This document shows positions 1 through 8,990 of a DNA stretch of 61,640 nt, piece after piece. Source of the stretch: Bacillota bacterium. GTDB taxonomy: Bacteria > Bacillota > Clostridia > Oscillospirales > SIG627. The notes under the pieces are model-generated. The model ran no database searches. It was given only the letters and a program-made list of their open reading frames with translations, and had not been told where the DNA came from. The stretch's first letter is position 1. Each line of letters begins with the position of its first letter. The translations under genes were made by a program, and so were the position numbers. Where the stretch lies: positions 1-61,640 of the forward strand of contig JAQXGK010000075.1 of the NCBI GenBank assembly GCA_029006345.1, written 5' to 3'.

Positions 1-11
1 AAACAAATAAC

Positions 12-47
12 AACAAAAAGGCTGTAAGCAAATGCTTACAGCCTTTT
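12..47 (-). terminator. Rho-independent terminator after the GGGtGRT gene
   Basis: Inverted repeat AAAAGGCTGTAAGCA / TGCTTACAGCCTTTT. On the minus strand it is followed by TTTTTGTTG, just past the stop at 64. Confidence 0.7.
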
Positions 48-63
48 AACATACTAAACAGAA

Positions 64-1062
64 TTACTTGCTTGCTTCTTCTACCGCAACGGCGATAGCA
101 ACTGTCATGCCGACCATGGGGTTATTGCCGGCGCCGATAAGACCCATCATCTCAACATGAGCGGGAACAGAGGACGAACCTGCAAACTGAGCGTCGCCGT
201 GCATTCTGCCCATGGAGTCTGTCAGACCGTAGGAAGCGGGGCCTGCTGCCATATTATCGGGGTGAAGTGTACGGCCTGTGCCGCCGCCCGATGCAACCGA
301 GAAGTATTTCTTGCCGTTGTCATAAGACCACTTCTTGTAGGTGCCTGCAACAAGGTGCTGGAAACGGGTGGGGTTAGTCGAGTTGCCGGTGATGGAAACG
401 TCGACATCCTCATGCTTCATAATTGCAACGCCTTCGAGAACGTCATTTGCACCGTAGCAGCGAACCTTGGACTTATCGCCGTTCGAGAAAGCGATAGTCT
501 TTACGACATTGAGCTTATTCTCAAAGAAATCGTAGTCGGTCTGAACGTAGGTAAAGCCGTTTATACGCGAAATGATATATGCGGCGTCCTTGCCGAGACC
601 GTTAAGAATAACCTGAAGCGGCTCTTTTCTTACCTTATTTGCAGTGCGTGCGATACCGATAGCACCCTCTGCAGCCGCGAAGGACTCGTGACCCGCGAGG
701 AAGCAGAAGCACTTTGTCTCCTCCTTGAGAAGCATTGCGGCGAGGTTGCCGTGTCCGAGACCGACGCTTCTGTGCTCTGCAACAGAACCGGGAACGCAGA
801 ATGCCTGAAGTCCGATACCGATAGCTTCAGCAGCTTCGGAAGCGGTCTTGCAGCCCTTCTTGAGTGCGATACCGCATCCGAGAGTATATGCCCATACGGC
901 GTTTTCAAAAGCGATATTCTGAATGCCCTTGACAATGCCGTTTACATCTATGCCCTTGGAATCGCAGAGAGCCTTGACCTCTTCGAGATCCTTGAAGCCG
1001 TATTCCTTGAGGGTAGCATTGATTTTATCTATTCTTCTTTCGTATCCTTCAAAAGTTACCAT
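64..1062 (-). CDS. GGGtGRT family protein (conserved, function unknown)
   Basis: 332-aa ORF containing the literal family signature ASGGGTGRTLHPDN. An AGGAGG SD lies upstream, 15 nt after the preceding gene. Confidence 0.85.
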   Translation of the reverse strand: MVTFEGYERRIDKINATLKEYGFKDLEEVKALCDSKGIDVNGIVKGIQNIAFENAVWAYTLGCGIALKKGCKTASEAAEAIGIGLQAFCVPGSVAEHRSVGLGHGNLAAMLLKEETKCFCFLAGHESFAAAEGAIGIARTANKVRKEPLQVILNGLGKDAAYIISRINGFTYVQTDYDFFENKLNVVKTIAFSNGDKSKVRCYGANDVLEGVAIMKHEDVDVSITGNSTNPTRFQHLVAGTYKKWSYDNGKKYFSVASGGGTGRTLHPDNMAAGPASYGLTDSMGRMHGDAQFAGSSSVPAHVEMMGLIGAGNNPMVGMTVAIAVAVEEASK

Positions 1063-1077
1063 TATTATGCCGCCTCC

Positions 1078-1773
1078 TTATTCTTCTCTGGGGTCGATCT
1101 TCTTGACCGCCTCGTCATATCTGCCGTAGGTCTTTACATTCGACTCATAAGCTTCCTTGGGATCCATGCCGTGACGGATTGCTTCCATCATCTTTCCGAG
1201 GTGAACGAACTTATAGCCGATAACTTCATTGTTCTCATCAAGACCGGTAGAAAGGATATAACCCTCTGCCATTTCGAGGTAACGGACACCCTTCTCCTTG
1301 GTGGCGAAGATGGTGCCGACCTGAGAACGCAGACCCTTGCCCAGGTCGTCGAGAGAAGCGCCTATCGGAAGTCCGCCTTCGCTGAAAGCGGTCTGTGTGC
1401 GGCCGTAAACCAGCTGCTTGAAGATTTCGCGCATTGCGACATTGATAGCGTCGCAGACAAGGTCGGTGTTGAGAGCCTCAAGGATTGTCTTGCCCTGGAG
1501 GATTTCAGCCGCCATTGCCGCAGAATGTGTCATACCGGAGCAGCCGGAGGTCTCTACGAGAGATTCCTCGATAACGCCGTCCTTGACATTAAGGGTGAGC
1601 TTGCACATGCCCTGCTGGGGAGCGCACCAGCCTATACCGTGCGAAAGACCGGAAATATCCTTGATCTCATACGCCTTGACCCACTTGCCCTCTTCGGGGA
1701 TGGGAGCCGGGCCGTGCTTGGGACCCTTGGCTACTACGCACATATTTTCAACTTTGCTTGAAACAGTACTCAT
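1078..1773 (-). CDS. NifU/IscU-like iron-sulfur cluster scaffold homolog with C-terminal extension
   Basis: 231-aa ORF. Cys residues sit in IscU-like contexts (GIGWCAPQQGMC ... ETSGCSGMTHSAAMAAE). It is tightly linked to the GGGtGRT gene, a pairing I recall as typical. Confidence 0.65.
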   Translation of the reverse strand: MSTVSSKVENMCVVAKGPKHGPAPIPEEGKWVKAYEIKDISGLSHGIGWCAPQQGMCKLTLNVKDGVIEESLVETSGCSGMTHSAAMAAEILQGKTILEALNTDLVCDAINVAMREIFKQLVYGRTQTAFSEGGLPIGASLDDLGKGLRSQVGTIFATKEKGVRYLEMAEGYILSTGLDENNEVIGYKFVHLGKMMEAIRHGMDPKEAYESNVKTYGRYDEAVKKIDPREE

Positions 1774-1794
1774 AATATATATTCCTTTCTTATG

Positions 1795-2367
1795 TTAATC
1801 TGTAATTATCTCGCCGTAAACAGTGCCGGCTGCCATAGCGGCATTAGACTCGTCGGTGTCGATGTGCATAGCTGCGGCAAAATCGCTTCTGACGCGAACT
1901 ACCACCTGATCGAAGATGAGGGCTCTGTCGCCGTCTATCTTAACCTTGACTATCTGCTTATCGCTGACGCCGAAGGCTGCTGCTTCTTCGGGCGTTACGT
2001 GAATGTGACGCTGAGCGACAATGACGCCCTCAGAGATTTCCACCTCGCCTGCAGGTCCTACCAGCTTGCAAGCGGGAGAACCGGCTATATCACCAGACTC
2101 TCTTACCGGAGGCTTCAAGCCGAGGGCTCTCGCATCGCTGAACGATACCTCTACCTGAGCTGCCTTGCGTGCCGGTCCGAGAATCGACATTTTGAGCGAG
2201 CCCTTGGGGCCTACGACCTCTACCTTTTCCTCGCAGGCAAACTGTCCGGGCTGGCTGAGATCCTTCTTGTTTGTGAGCGTATATCCCTTACCGAACAGTG
2301 TCTCAATCTGCTCTGCGGTAACATGGACGTGGCGCGCACTTGTCTCTACAAGTATTTTCTTTTCCAT
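1795..2367 (-). CDS. pduL: phosphate propanoyl/acetyl-transferase PduL
   Basis: 190 aa with two PduL half-repeats (SARHVHVT.. and AQRHIHVTPEEA) and the motifs QPGQFACEE and HIDTDESNAA. Confidence 0.85.
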   Translation of the reverse strand: MEKKILVETSARHVHVTAEQIETLFGKGYTLTNKKDLSQPGQFACEEKVEVVGPKGSLKMSILGPARKAAQVEVSFSDARALGLKPPVRESGDIAGSPACKLVGPAGEVEISEGVIVAQRHIHVTPEEAAAFGVSDKQIVKVKIDGDRALIFDQVVVRVRSDFAAAMHIDTDESNAAMAAGTVYGEIITD

Positions 2368-2443
2368 GACTTTTCCTTCCTTATCACGTCGGCGCCGTTC
2401 ACCGACTGAAATATGTGATTATGAATATACTACATACCCTGTT

Positions 2444-2473
2444 ATTATACACCAGGCGTCGGGCATTTGTAAA
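2444..2473 (-). promoter_or_regulatory. candidate sigma-A promoter for the pduL operon
   Basis: Minus strand reads TTTACA, an 18-nt spacer, then TATAAT, about 75 nt upstream of the pduL start. Confidence 0.4.
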
Positions 2474-2484
2474 CAAAAAATATC

Positions 2485-2520
2485 GAAAAAAGAATGCCCG
2501 CGGACAAGAAATCCGCAGGC
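2485..2520 (-). terminator. Rho-independent terminator after the oxidoreductase gene
   Basis: Minus strand has GCCTGCGGA-loop-TCCGCGGGC followed by ATTCTTTTTT. Confidence 0.65.
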
Positions 2521-2531
2521 AAAAGTTGATA

Positions 2532-3518
2532 TTACTTCGCAGCCGCCTGAATAGTAAGCGTGTCGCGCGCCACGCGAAGAGAAGACGCGGTATCGATAGA
2601 GGTCTTTTCTCCGGCAAGCTCACGAATGAACACCTTGAGGCAATCGTCGGTATTCTTCTCGGTGACCGCCACTGTGCGAAGACCCTCCTCGCCGTCGAGC
2701 GCAAGTCTGATCTCGTCAGGCGCGTTATAATTGACCTCGGCAGTACCCTTTGTTCCCCAGAAATTGAAGCGCCAATAGTAAGGAAGCGTATATCCGGAGG
2801 AATTGGGCGCGGCATATGACACGTCCGCCATAAGACCCGCTCCGTTTTCGAGCTCCGCCATAAACTGGGCGCTGTCCATGAAGTAATCCACCTCGGTCGC
2901 GTATGCGTTCCACTGGCGTGCGGCGACGACCTTTTTAAGTCCGAGCCCGGTAACATACTCGGTGATATCTATACCGTGAACGGCGATATCATTGATAGTT
3001 CCGCCGTGCTTGCCGCGTTCGAAATACCAGCCGGCTCTCGAGCCGTACATGAGCGGATGCTGACCGCCGAACGAAACCTGATGGATCTCGCCGAGCGTGC
3101 CCTCGGAAATAAGCTTTTTAAGCGGCTCAACCCAACCGATATATCGGACATCCAGCATAATGCCGACGCGAAGGTTTTTCTCTGCGGAAAGACGCTCTAT
3201 CTCGTCAAGCTCGGCAAGGCTCGTGCAAAGAGGCTTGTCGGAATAGATATGATGTCCTGCCCTGAGCGCCTCTATGGCGCGCTGACCTCGTATGCCGTAA
3301 TAGTCGCCGATAACAACCACGTCGATATCCTTTTCCTTTAGCATATCGGCATAGTCGGCGTGTGTGAATTTCACGCCGAGAGCTTCTTCTGCGGCGGCTC
3401 TCGCCTCGTCGTTTTCTTCAAAAGCATAGGCTATTTCCACATCCGGATTTGCCTCGCACATCTTGTAAAAAGCATTGATATGCGGATGACGGAAGCCTGC
3501 AAAAGCGAATTTAAGCAT
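2532..3518 (-). CDS. Gfo/Idh/MocA family NAD(P)-dependent oxidoreductase
   Basis: 328 aa. N-terminal Rossmann segment (MLKFAFAGFRHPH..) and overall Gfo/Idh/MocA-like layout (EKPL-type DKPLCTS motif). Confidence 0.75.
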   Translation of the reverse strand: MLKFAFAGFRHPHINAFYKMCEANPDVEIAYAFEENDEARAAAEEALGVKFTHADYADMLKEKDIDVVVIGDYYGIRGQRAIEALRAGHHIYSDKPLCTSLAELDEIERLSAEKNLRVGIMLDVRYIGWVEPLKKLISEGTLGEIHQVSFGGQHPLMYGSRAGWYFERGKHGGTINDIAVHGIDITEYVTGLGLKKVVAARQWNAYATEVDYFMDSAQFMAELENGAGLMADVSYAAPNSSGYTLPYYWRFNFWGTKGTAEVNYNAPDEIRLALDGEEGLRTVAVTEKNTDDCLKVFIRELAGEKTSIDTASSLRVARDTLTIQAAAK

Positions 3519-3586
3519 TTGATTATTCCTTTCAGATCACAAAATTCCTTATGATTATACAATAGTAAAAATGTTTTTTCAAGGCT

Positions 3587-5557
3587 TTACAGATACTTTG
3601 AGAGAGTTTTATCCAGCCATTCCGAGCGTGTTTCGAGAAAATCCATGAGATACAACACCTGTTTTTTGAAAGTATTATACTCGGTCACGTCGTTGCGCTC
3701 AAATTTCACGCGTTCGTCAAGTATATCCCACACGGTGAAATTATACACCTGCGAACGGTTTATCTGCTCGGCAGTGGTTTCTATAACCTCGTACGCACGG
3801 TCAAGGAGCTTATCCTTAACCTGCATCCAGCGCAGAGCGAACAGGTGCATAAATTCTTCGTCCTCAAAGAGGTATGTACTCCAGGTAGTTCCGACATAAT
3901 CGTCATCGGTGGAGGTCGCCCAGGTCGAATAATCCTCACAGTCGCGTATGAAATTGCCGAAGGCGAGGTCGTGATCCCACACGGGCCCCATTTTCAGCTT
4001 GCCGCCCGCTTTCTTGGTAAAATAGCAGCTGCGGCGAAAGGCGGAATCGGTATTATTGGTCAGCTCGGTCATGATGAGCCAATCGATAAGCGACCCCACA
4101 TCTATATAATCTGAATAGTTCTGTCCGCTGACTATCGCCTCGTTAGTCTTGAGAAACCAATCGCGTATAAAGCAAAACTGGCTGTCGGTCATATACTGTG
4201 CGATCGGGGCCTTTATGAGCGCAAACTCTATAAGACCAGCGTGAAAATAGTCGTAGCCCTTTGTATTTACGCCGCTCTCCACGCCTCCGACCTCAATAAA
4301 GTATTCTGTATCGTCCACTCCGAGCTCGGGCTTGATATCCACTCTGCCCTCGCCGGTTTCCAGATGCTCCCCGAAGGTGTAAACGCCTATATAATCGCCG
4401 TTCAGAAACACATCTGCCGGGTACTGCGTAGGTGTATAGTCAAAGCTCAATTCCTTTGCCATTTCGAGCGCAACGCGGTTGCGCATCAGACTTTTGTCGG
4501 TATAATTCGCAAAAAGCGCGTAATCGGTTGCCTCGGCAAGTCCGAACACCGAGATTTTCTCGGAAAAACGGAGCTTATACGGCTTCTTATCAAATTCCCA
4601 CGAGGAATTACCCCTGCCCTCGATGCGGATTTGCGCGAATTCAACCGATTCAAAATCTTCATACCCGTTTGAGTCTATGGTAAGCGTTGCATTGACATAC
4701 TCGTCCTTGGAGGTGATTTGGCAGTTATTATCGGTATCGATATATATCACCGGTATATCCAAGCCGTCGCGCCGGGCAAGCAATCGGTAATTATACGTTT
4801 CTTCGCCGTCTGACACCGATATAACAGCCTTTCCGGTCATATTAACGCTGCCGTCGCTGTTTAAGCAGCCGATATACGAATATTCTCCGTCAGCCTGCAC
4901 GCTCAGCCTGACATTCTGAATATCAAATCCGCTGACAAGGTATGGAAGCGTTGCCGTAATTTCCTTTCCGCTGATGTCGCACTCAATATCCCGGCCAAGC
5001 CAGGGATTGTCCTCTTTTTTCAGGGTGACAGCAGTTATTCGCGCCTTACCCTTTCCGCCCAGTCCCCCGTCGCTGACCTTAACGCCGTTGAGACTTTCGA
5101 AGTTCATGTATTTGCCGGCAAGGAACATTTCGGGAACGCTGTCCGCCTTCCAGGTCAAATCGCAGTCCGGGCAGTCAAAAATAACCTCCCCGACGCTCAG
5201 CCTGACGCCCTGCGCCGCCGTAAGCGAAATGTCGAGGTCGGCGTCTCCCGTCACCGTAACGGAATATCCGTTAAAATCCGGTTTCTTTTGAAAATCCAGT
5301 GAAACGGCGCTGTCAAAAACCACCGAATCCTCCAGTTTGAAATCGCCGGTGAAAATCACGGTATCTCCGTCCGGCACGCCCTCCTCTGCCAGCGCGGCAA
5401 GGGAACGGAAATCGCTTACACGGTGACTGCTCGGCGCAGGCATTACCATGCGTCGGGAAAAGAAAAGCAATGCAAAGCAAACGGCGACGGCAAACAGGAC
5501 TGCCGCCGCGATGAATAGCGGATATTTTCTTTTTTTGACCGTGATGGGTTCAAACAT
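3587..5557 (-). CDS. CotH kinase family protein, N-terminally membrane-anchored
   Basis: 656 aa. N-terminal TM helix (PLFIAAAVLFAVAVCFALLFF). CotH-like core (GNSSWEFDKKPYKLRF, GPVWDHDLAFGN). Confidence 0.75.
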   Translation of the reverse strand: MFEPITVKKRKYPLFIAAAVLFAVAVCFALLFFSRRMVMPAPSSHRVSDFRSLAALAEEGVPDGDTVIFTGDFKLEDSVVFDSAVSLDFQKKPDFNGYSVTVTGDADLDISLTAAQGVRLSVGEVIFDCPDCDLTWKADSVPEMFLAGKYMNFESLNGVKVSDGGLGGKGKARITAVTLKKEDNPWLGRDIECDISGKEITATLPYLVSGFDIQNVRLSVQADGEYSYIGCLNSDGSVNMTGKAVISVSDGEETYNYRLLARRDGLDIPVIYIDTDNNCQITSKDEYVNATLTIDSNGYEDFESVEFAQIRIEGRGNSSWEFDKKPYKLRFSEKISVFGLAEATDYALFANYTDKSLMRNRVALEMAKELSFDYTPTQYPADVFLNGDYIGVYTFGEHLETGEGRVDIKPELGVDDTEYFIEVGGVESGVNTKGYDYFHAGLIEFALIKAPIAQYMTDSQFCFIRDWFLKTNEAIVSGQNYSDYIDVGSLIDWLIMTELTNNTDSAFRRSCYFTKKAGGKLKMGPVWDHDLAFGNFIRDCEDYSTWATSTDDDYVGTTWSTYLFEDEEFMHLFALRWMQVKDKLLDRAYEVIETTAEQINRSQVYNFTVWDILDERVKFERNDVTEYNTFKKQVLYLMDFLETRSEWLDKTLSKYL

Positions 5558-5583
5558 TATAATATCAAACCTCTGTATAAACT

Positions 5584-5611
5584 AAAGGGTGCATCCTGTA
5601 CGGACGCACCC
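5584..5611 (-). terminator. Rho-independent terminator after the solute-binding protein gene
   Basis: Minus strand has GGGTGCGTCC-loop-GGATGCACCC followed by TTTAGTTTAT. Confidence 0.6.
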
Positions 5612-5629
5612 TTAACCGCAAATAACCTG

Positions 5630-7078
5630 TTATGAAAGATTGTTCTTATATGCGTCCACGGTAGCCTGAATTGCAGACAGTGTTGCTCCGCTGTTAGCAT
5701 TGTATGTGGAAGCAAAGTTAATGCCGATATTGTCGTACATACCCGGGTAGAAGAAGCTGTACCAATCGCCCCAGTTGTAAATGGTGGCGATATCGTAGCA
5801 GCGGCTGTCGAGGATTATGTCGAGCATTCTTACGGAATCCTCATCTCTCATAGAGCGGCGCTCAAGAGCGAGTTCGTAGTATGCGGGACGCAGGGTCGTC
5901 TTTGAATCGTGGCAAAGCGCGCTGAGCGCGTAGCCTGTCTTCTCGGGATCCGCAGCAGAAGTGGGTATGCAGTAGAACGAGCTGCAGGTAGAAGCATTAA
6001 CGATATCATAGTATCTGTCCTGATTCTCGTCATACTTAGGCATGGGAAGAATACCGTAGTCAGACTCCATTTCCTTATATGTCAGTCTGACGGTAAGAAT
6101 TGTAGTCGCACCGAAAAGCGCTCTGTTATCCGAGAACACCTTGTAGCAATCTGTAGACCAGTTGATGAAGTAGTTGTCGCGGTCGTCCGAAACCTTTTGA
6201 ATAAGCTCAAAAGAGCTTACCGAGTGATCCGTGAATACCGAGAGAACCGGATAGCCGTCCTCGTCCTTAGATGAAATGGAGTTTCCGAACGCCGAGAACA
6301 GAGCGTAGTTATTGAACGGCTCGTAGATATAACCGTAACGGTCATTTTCAGTCATAGCGCCGTCGCCGTCGATGTCGGCGGTAACATCCTTTGCAAGTGA
6401 AAGGAGCTTTTCAAAGGTCCACTCGTTGTTATCAACAAGAGTGTACGGGCTCTCGATCGAGAATTCCTGAAGAACCGACTTGTTAAAGGTGGTGACCCAT
6501 GTAGCGTCAGCCGCCGAAATGGAAAGGTCGCCGGTGGTAAAGTAGAGCTTGTCGCCTATCGACAGGTCGCTGTTTGCGTTCTGATCCCACCAATCCTGTG
6601 AAAGATCGAGATCCTTAATGGAATTCAAGTCGATAAGATAACCGTTCTGGGCAAGCTGAGCGCAAATCTGTCCGTCTGCAATGATAAGGTCAAACGCTCC
6701 GTCCTGAGAAATAATGGAAGCCTGAGCCTGTTCGTACTGGTCGGCGGGAGAGACAACGCTCTTTATGGTGAAATTGTACTTCTGCTCTATAGCGGCATTA
6801 CGGTTATAAACAGCGTCATTGATTATCTCGCTGTTAAGCTCCTCGGCAGTAAGGTCAACGGTCTGCCAGGGGCCGAATCCGCTTTCCTCGCCTCTTGTGT
6901 AAACCTTGAGCTCGTAGCCGCCGAGATCCTTTATCTCGAAATTGTCTTCGGCTGTCTGAACGACGTCCCCGGTCTTTGTTTCGGAACCTTCGTCAGAGCA
7001 GGAAACCGCCATGACAAGCGTCAGCATCATTGCAACAGCAAGAAATGCAGATACAAGTCTCTTTTTCATATTGTTCAT
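5630..7078 (-). CDS. extracellular solute-binding lipoprotein (ABC-type, family-1-like)
   Basis: 482 aa. Signal peptide plus lipobox-like ..VMAVSCSD. Its size and composition are typical of large sugar-binding SBPs of Firmicutes. No permease or ATPase gene is adjacent. Confidence 0.65.
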   Translation of the reverse strand: MNNMKKRLVSAFLAVAMMLTLVMAVSCSDEGSETKTGDVVQTAEDNFEIKDLGGYELKVYTRGEESGFGPWQTVDLTAEELNSEIINDAVYNRNAAIEQKYNFTIKSVVSPADQYEQAQASIISQDGAFDLIIADGQICAQLAQNGYLIDLNSIKDLDLSQDWWDQNANSDLSIGDKLYFTTGDLSISAADATWVTTFNKSVLQEFSIESPYTLVDNNEWTFEKLLSLAKDVTADIDGDGAMTENDRYGYIYEPFNNYALFSAFGNSISSKDEDGYPVLSVFTDHSVSSFELIQKVSDDRDNYFINWSTDCYKVFSDNRALFGATTILTVRLTYKEMESDYGILPMPKYDENQDRYYDIVNASTCSSFYCIPTSAADPEKTGYALSALCHDSKTTLRPAYYELALERRSMRDEDSVRMLDIILDSRCYDIATIYNWGDWYSFFYPGMYDNIGINFASTYNANSGATLSAIQATVDAYKNNLS

Positions 7079-7174
7079 TTGCTCCTTCCAAATAATATTA
7101 TTTCAACGGGCGAAAGCACGCCCATCAAGCTATTAAAGAAATGGTATCACAAACGACACAAATTATCAACATAT

Positions 7175-7203
7175 TTTTTTTGAAATTTGGTTTTTTTGAA
7201 ATT
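7175..7203. repeat. tandem direct repeat TTTTTTTGAAATT x2 (16-nt period) in a divergent intergenic region
   Basis: Exact 13-nt copies at 7175-7187 and 7191-7203, about 30 nt upstream of the -35 of the ACP promoter. Confidence 0.6.
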
Positions 7204-7232
7204 CAGTTCCTCGGCAAGACAAGTTTTTTCAG

Positions 7233-7261
7233 TTGACAAAACGCCTTTCTGCTCCTATAAT
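7233..7261 (+). promoter_or_regulatory. consensus sigma-A promoter (TTGACA-17-TATAAT)
   Basis: Perfect -35 at 7233-7238 and perfect -10 at 7256-7261 with a 17-nt spacer, about 70 nt upstream of the ACP-like ORF. Confidence 0.7.
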
Positions 7262-7328
7262 GATTTTGCTGACAGTCAATTGATAATCAATCGGCTTATT
7301 TTTAGCTTATACTTTTAAGGAGACTATT

Positions 7329-7559
7329 ATGTTTGACGAAATCAAATCCATTCTTATTGACGAGCTTGATGTTGACGAGGCGCTGATAACACCCGACGCA
7401 AACTTCGTGGAGGACCTGAAGCTCAACTCTCTCGAGCTTGCCGACCTCGTTGTTCTCTGTGAGGAAAAGTACAATATCGAGATAGAGGAGGATGAACTCC
7501 ACAGCCTCATCACCATCGGAGACCTTACCGACTACATCGAAGAGAAAAAAGCCGAGTAA
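7329..7559 (+). CDS. acyl carrier protein-like carrier (second, orphan ACP)
   Basis: 76 aa and acidic. The ACP helix-II pattern DLKLNSLELADLVVLCEEKY aligns with the canonical DLGADSLDTVELV.. (Ser in NSL). SD is AAGGAG. Confidence 0.7.
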   Translation: MFDEIKSILIDELDVDEALITPDANFVEDLKLNSLELADLVVLCEEKYNIEIEEDELHSLITIGDLTDYIEEKKAE

Positions 7560-7562
7560 AAC

Positions 7563-8447
7563 ATGCTCTGTAATTTATGTCCCCGCAGGTGTGGCATCGA
7601 CCGCGAAACAGCCGTAGGTGTCTGCCGTTGCGGGGCTAATGCCTCGGTGTCGAGCTATATGCTGCACCACTGGGAGGAGCCGTGCATCAGCGGTACGCGC
7701 GGCGCGGGAGCGGTTTTCTTCTCCGGCTGTCCGCTTCAATGCGTCTACTGTCAGAACATCGGTTTCAGCCGCGGCGGCTCCGGGAAAGTCTACTCGGCAA
7801 ATGAGCTTGCCGGGCTTTTTTTATATCTTCAGGAAAAAGGAGCGCACAACCTCGATCTTGTCACTCCGACGCATTTCTTCCCCGCCGTCCGCGACGCGCT
7901 CGAGCTGATAGGACATCAGCTGAAAATACCCGTGGTTTACAACACCTCGGGCTATGAAAACCCCGAAATGATACCCGAAATCGGCAAATACGCCGACGTT
8001 TTTCTGACTGACTTCAAGTATGCTCTGCCGGAGCGCGCACAGCGATACAGCCGAGCGCGGGATTACTGCGAAATCGCTGAAAAGTCGCTGCATCTGATGC
8101 TCGAGCAAACGGGCAAGCCGAAGTTTGACGATAACGGTTTGCTTGTTTCCGGCGTAATTATACGTCATCTCGTACTGCCCGGCGGGATAAAAGACACAAA
8201 AGCAGTATTGGATAGGATAGCCGCGATTCTCTCGGAATTCGGGGAGGGCTACGCGCTTGTCAGCCTGATGAGCCAATACACGCCAAACGGCAAAACAGCC
8301 GCTTTTACCGAGCTTAACCGCCGCATTACCTCGCTGGAATATCAGCGTGCGGTCGAGCATATGCAGTCTCTCGGGCTTACGGGCTACATTCAGGACATAA
8401 GCTCCGCGGCAGAGGGATATGTACCGAGCACAGATACAACCAAGTAA
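7563..8447 (+). CDS. radical SAM protein, PflX-like (pyruvate formate-lyase activase homolog family)
   Basis: 294 aa with the CxxxCxxC motif CPLQCVYCQN and an N-terminal Cys cluster CNLCPRRCGIDR...CRCG. It starts 4 nt after the ACP stop. Confidence 0.75.
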   Translation: MLCNLCPRRCGIDRETAVGVCRCGANASVSSYMLHHWEEPCISGTRGAGAVFFSGCPLQCVYCQNIGFSRGGSGKVYSANELAGLFLYLQEKGAHNLDLVTPTHFFPAVRDALELIGHQLKIPVVYNTSGYENPEMIPEIGKYADVFLTDFKYALPERAQRYSRARDYCEIAEKSLHLMLEQTGKPKFDDNGLLVSGVIIRHLVLPGGIKDTKAVLDRIAAILSEFGEGYALVSLMSQYTPNGKTAAFTELNRRITSLEYQRAVEHMQSLGLTGYIQDISSAAEGYVPSTDTTK

Positions 8448-8468
8448 TTCTAAAGGTAACTATAATCA

Positions 8469-8966
8469 ATGGAACACGCACTCAACATTGTACTGGTAGA
8501 ACCCGAAATACCGCAAAACACGGGTAATATTTCGCGGACCTGCGCCGCGACCGGGTGCGCTCTGCACCTCATCGAACCGCTCGGATTTGAGATAACCGAC
8601 AGAAATCTCAAGCGCGCCGGGCTCGACTACTGGGACAAGCTGGAGCTCTACCGCTACCGCAATCTCGAGCATTTCTTTTCCGAAAATCAAGGTGATTTTT
8701 ACTACTTCTCGACCAAGGCGCCGAATCTTTATACCGATGTCGAATACAAGGGCAAGACCTACCTTTTTTTCGGCAAGGAGACAAAGGGGCTGCCTGAGGA
8801 GCTGATACTGAAAAACCTCGACCGCTCCCTGCGGCTGCCCATGCTTCAGGACATACGCAGTCTCAATCTCTCGAATTCGGTAGCCATAGCAGTATACGAG
8901 GTTCTCAGACAATGGAATTTTGATGGGTTCAGGATTCACGGCAAGTTTTCGGACGATTACAGGTAA
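8469..8966 (+). CDS. trmL: tRNA (cytidine/uridine-2'-O-)-methyltransferase TrmL (SpoU family)
   Basis: 165 aa. NIVLVEPEIPQNTGNISRTCAATG and LKRAGLDYW are typical of TrmL. Confidence 0.85.
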   Translation: MEHALNIVLVEPEIPQNTGNISRTCAATGCALHLIEPLGFEITDRNLKRAGLDYWDKLELYRYRNLEHFFSENQGDFYYFSTKAPNLYTDVEYKGKTYLFFGKETKGLPEELILKNLDRSLRLPMLQDIRSLNLSNSVAIAVYEVLRQWNFDGFRIHGKFSDDYR

Positions 8967-8990
8967 CAAACGCCGCACGGAGGTTACAGT

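Noticed and set aside
157-1761. A 534-aa ORF on the + strand spanning the GGGtGRT and NifU-like genes in antisense. Similar long antisense ORFs occur at 13962-14987, 17317-18177, 30961-31857, 40522-41400 and 44013-44825.
   Set aside because: The translations are low-complexity, rich in Arg/Ala/Leu/Cys, with no recognisable motifs. Each lies opposite a clearly homologous housekeeping gene. This is the typical shadow-ORF effect of GC-rich third codon positions.
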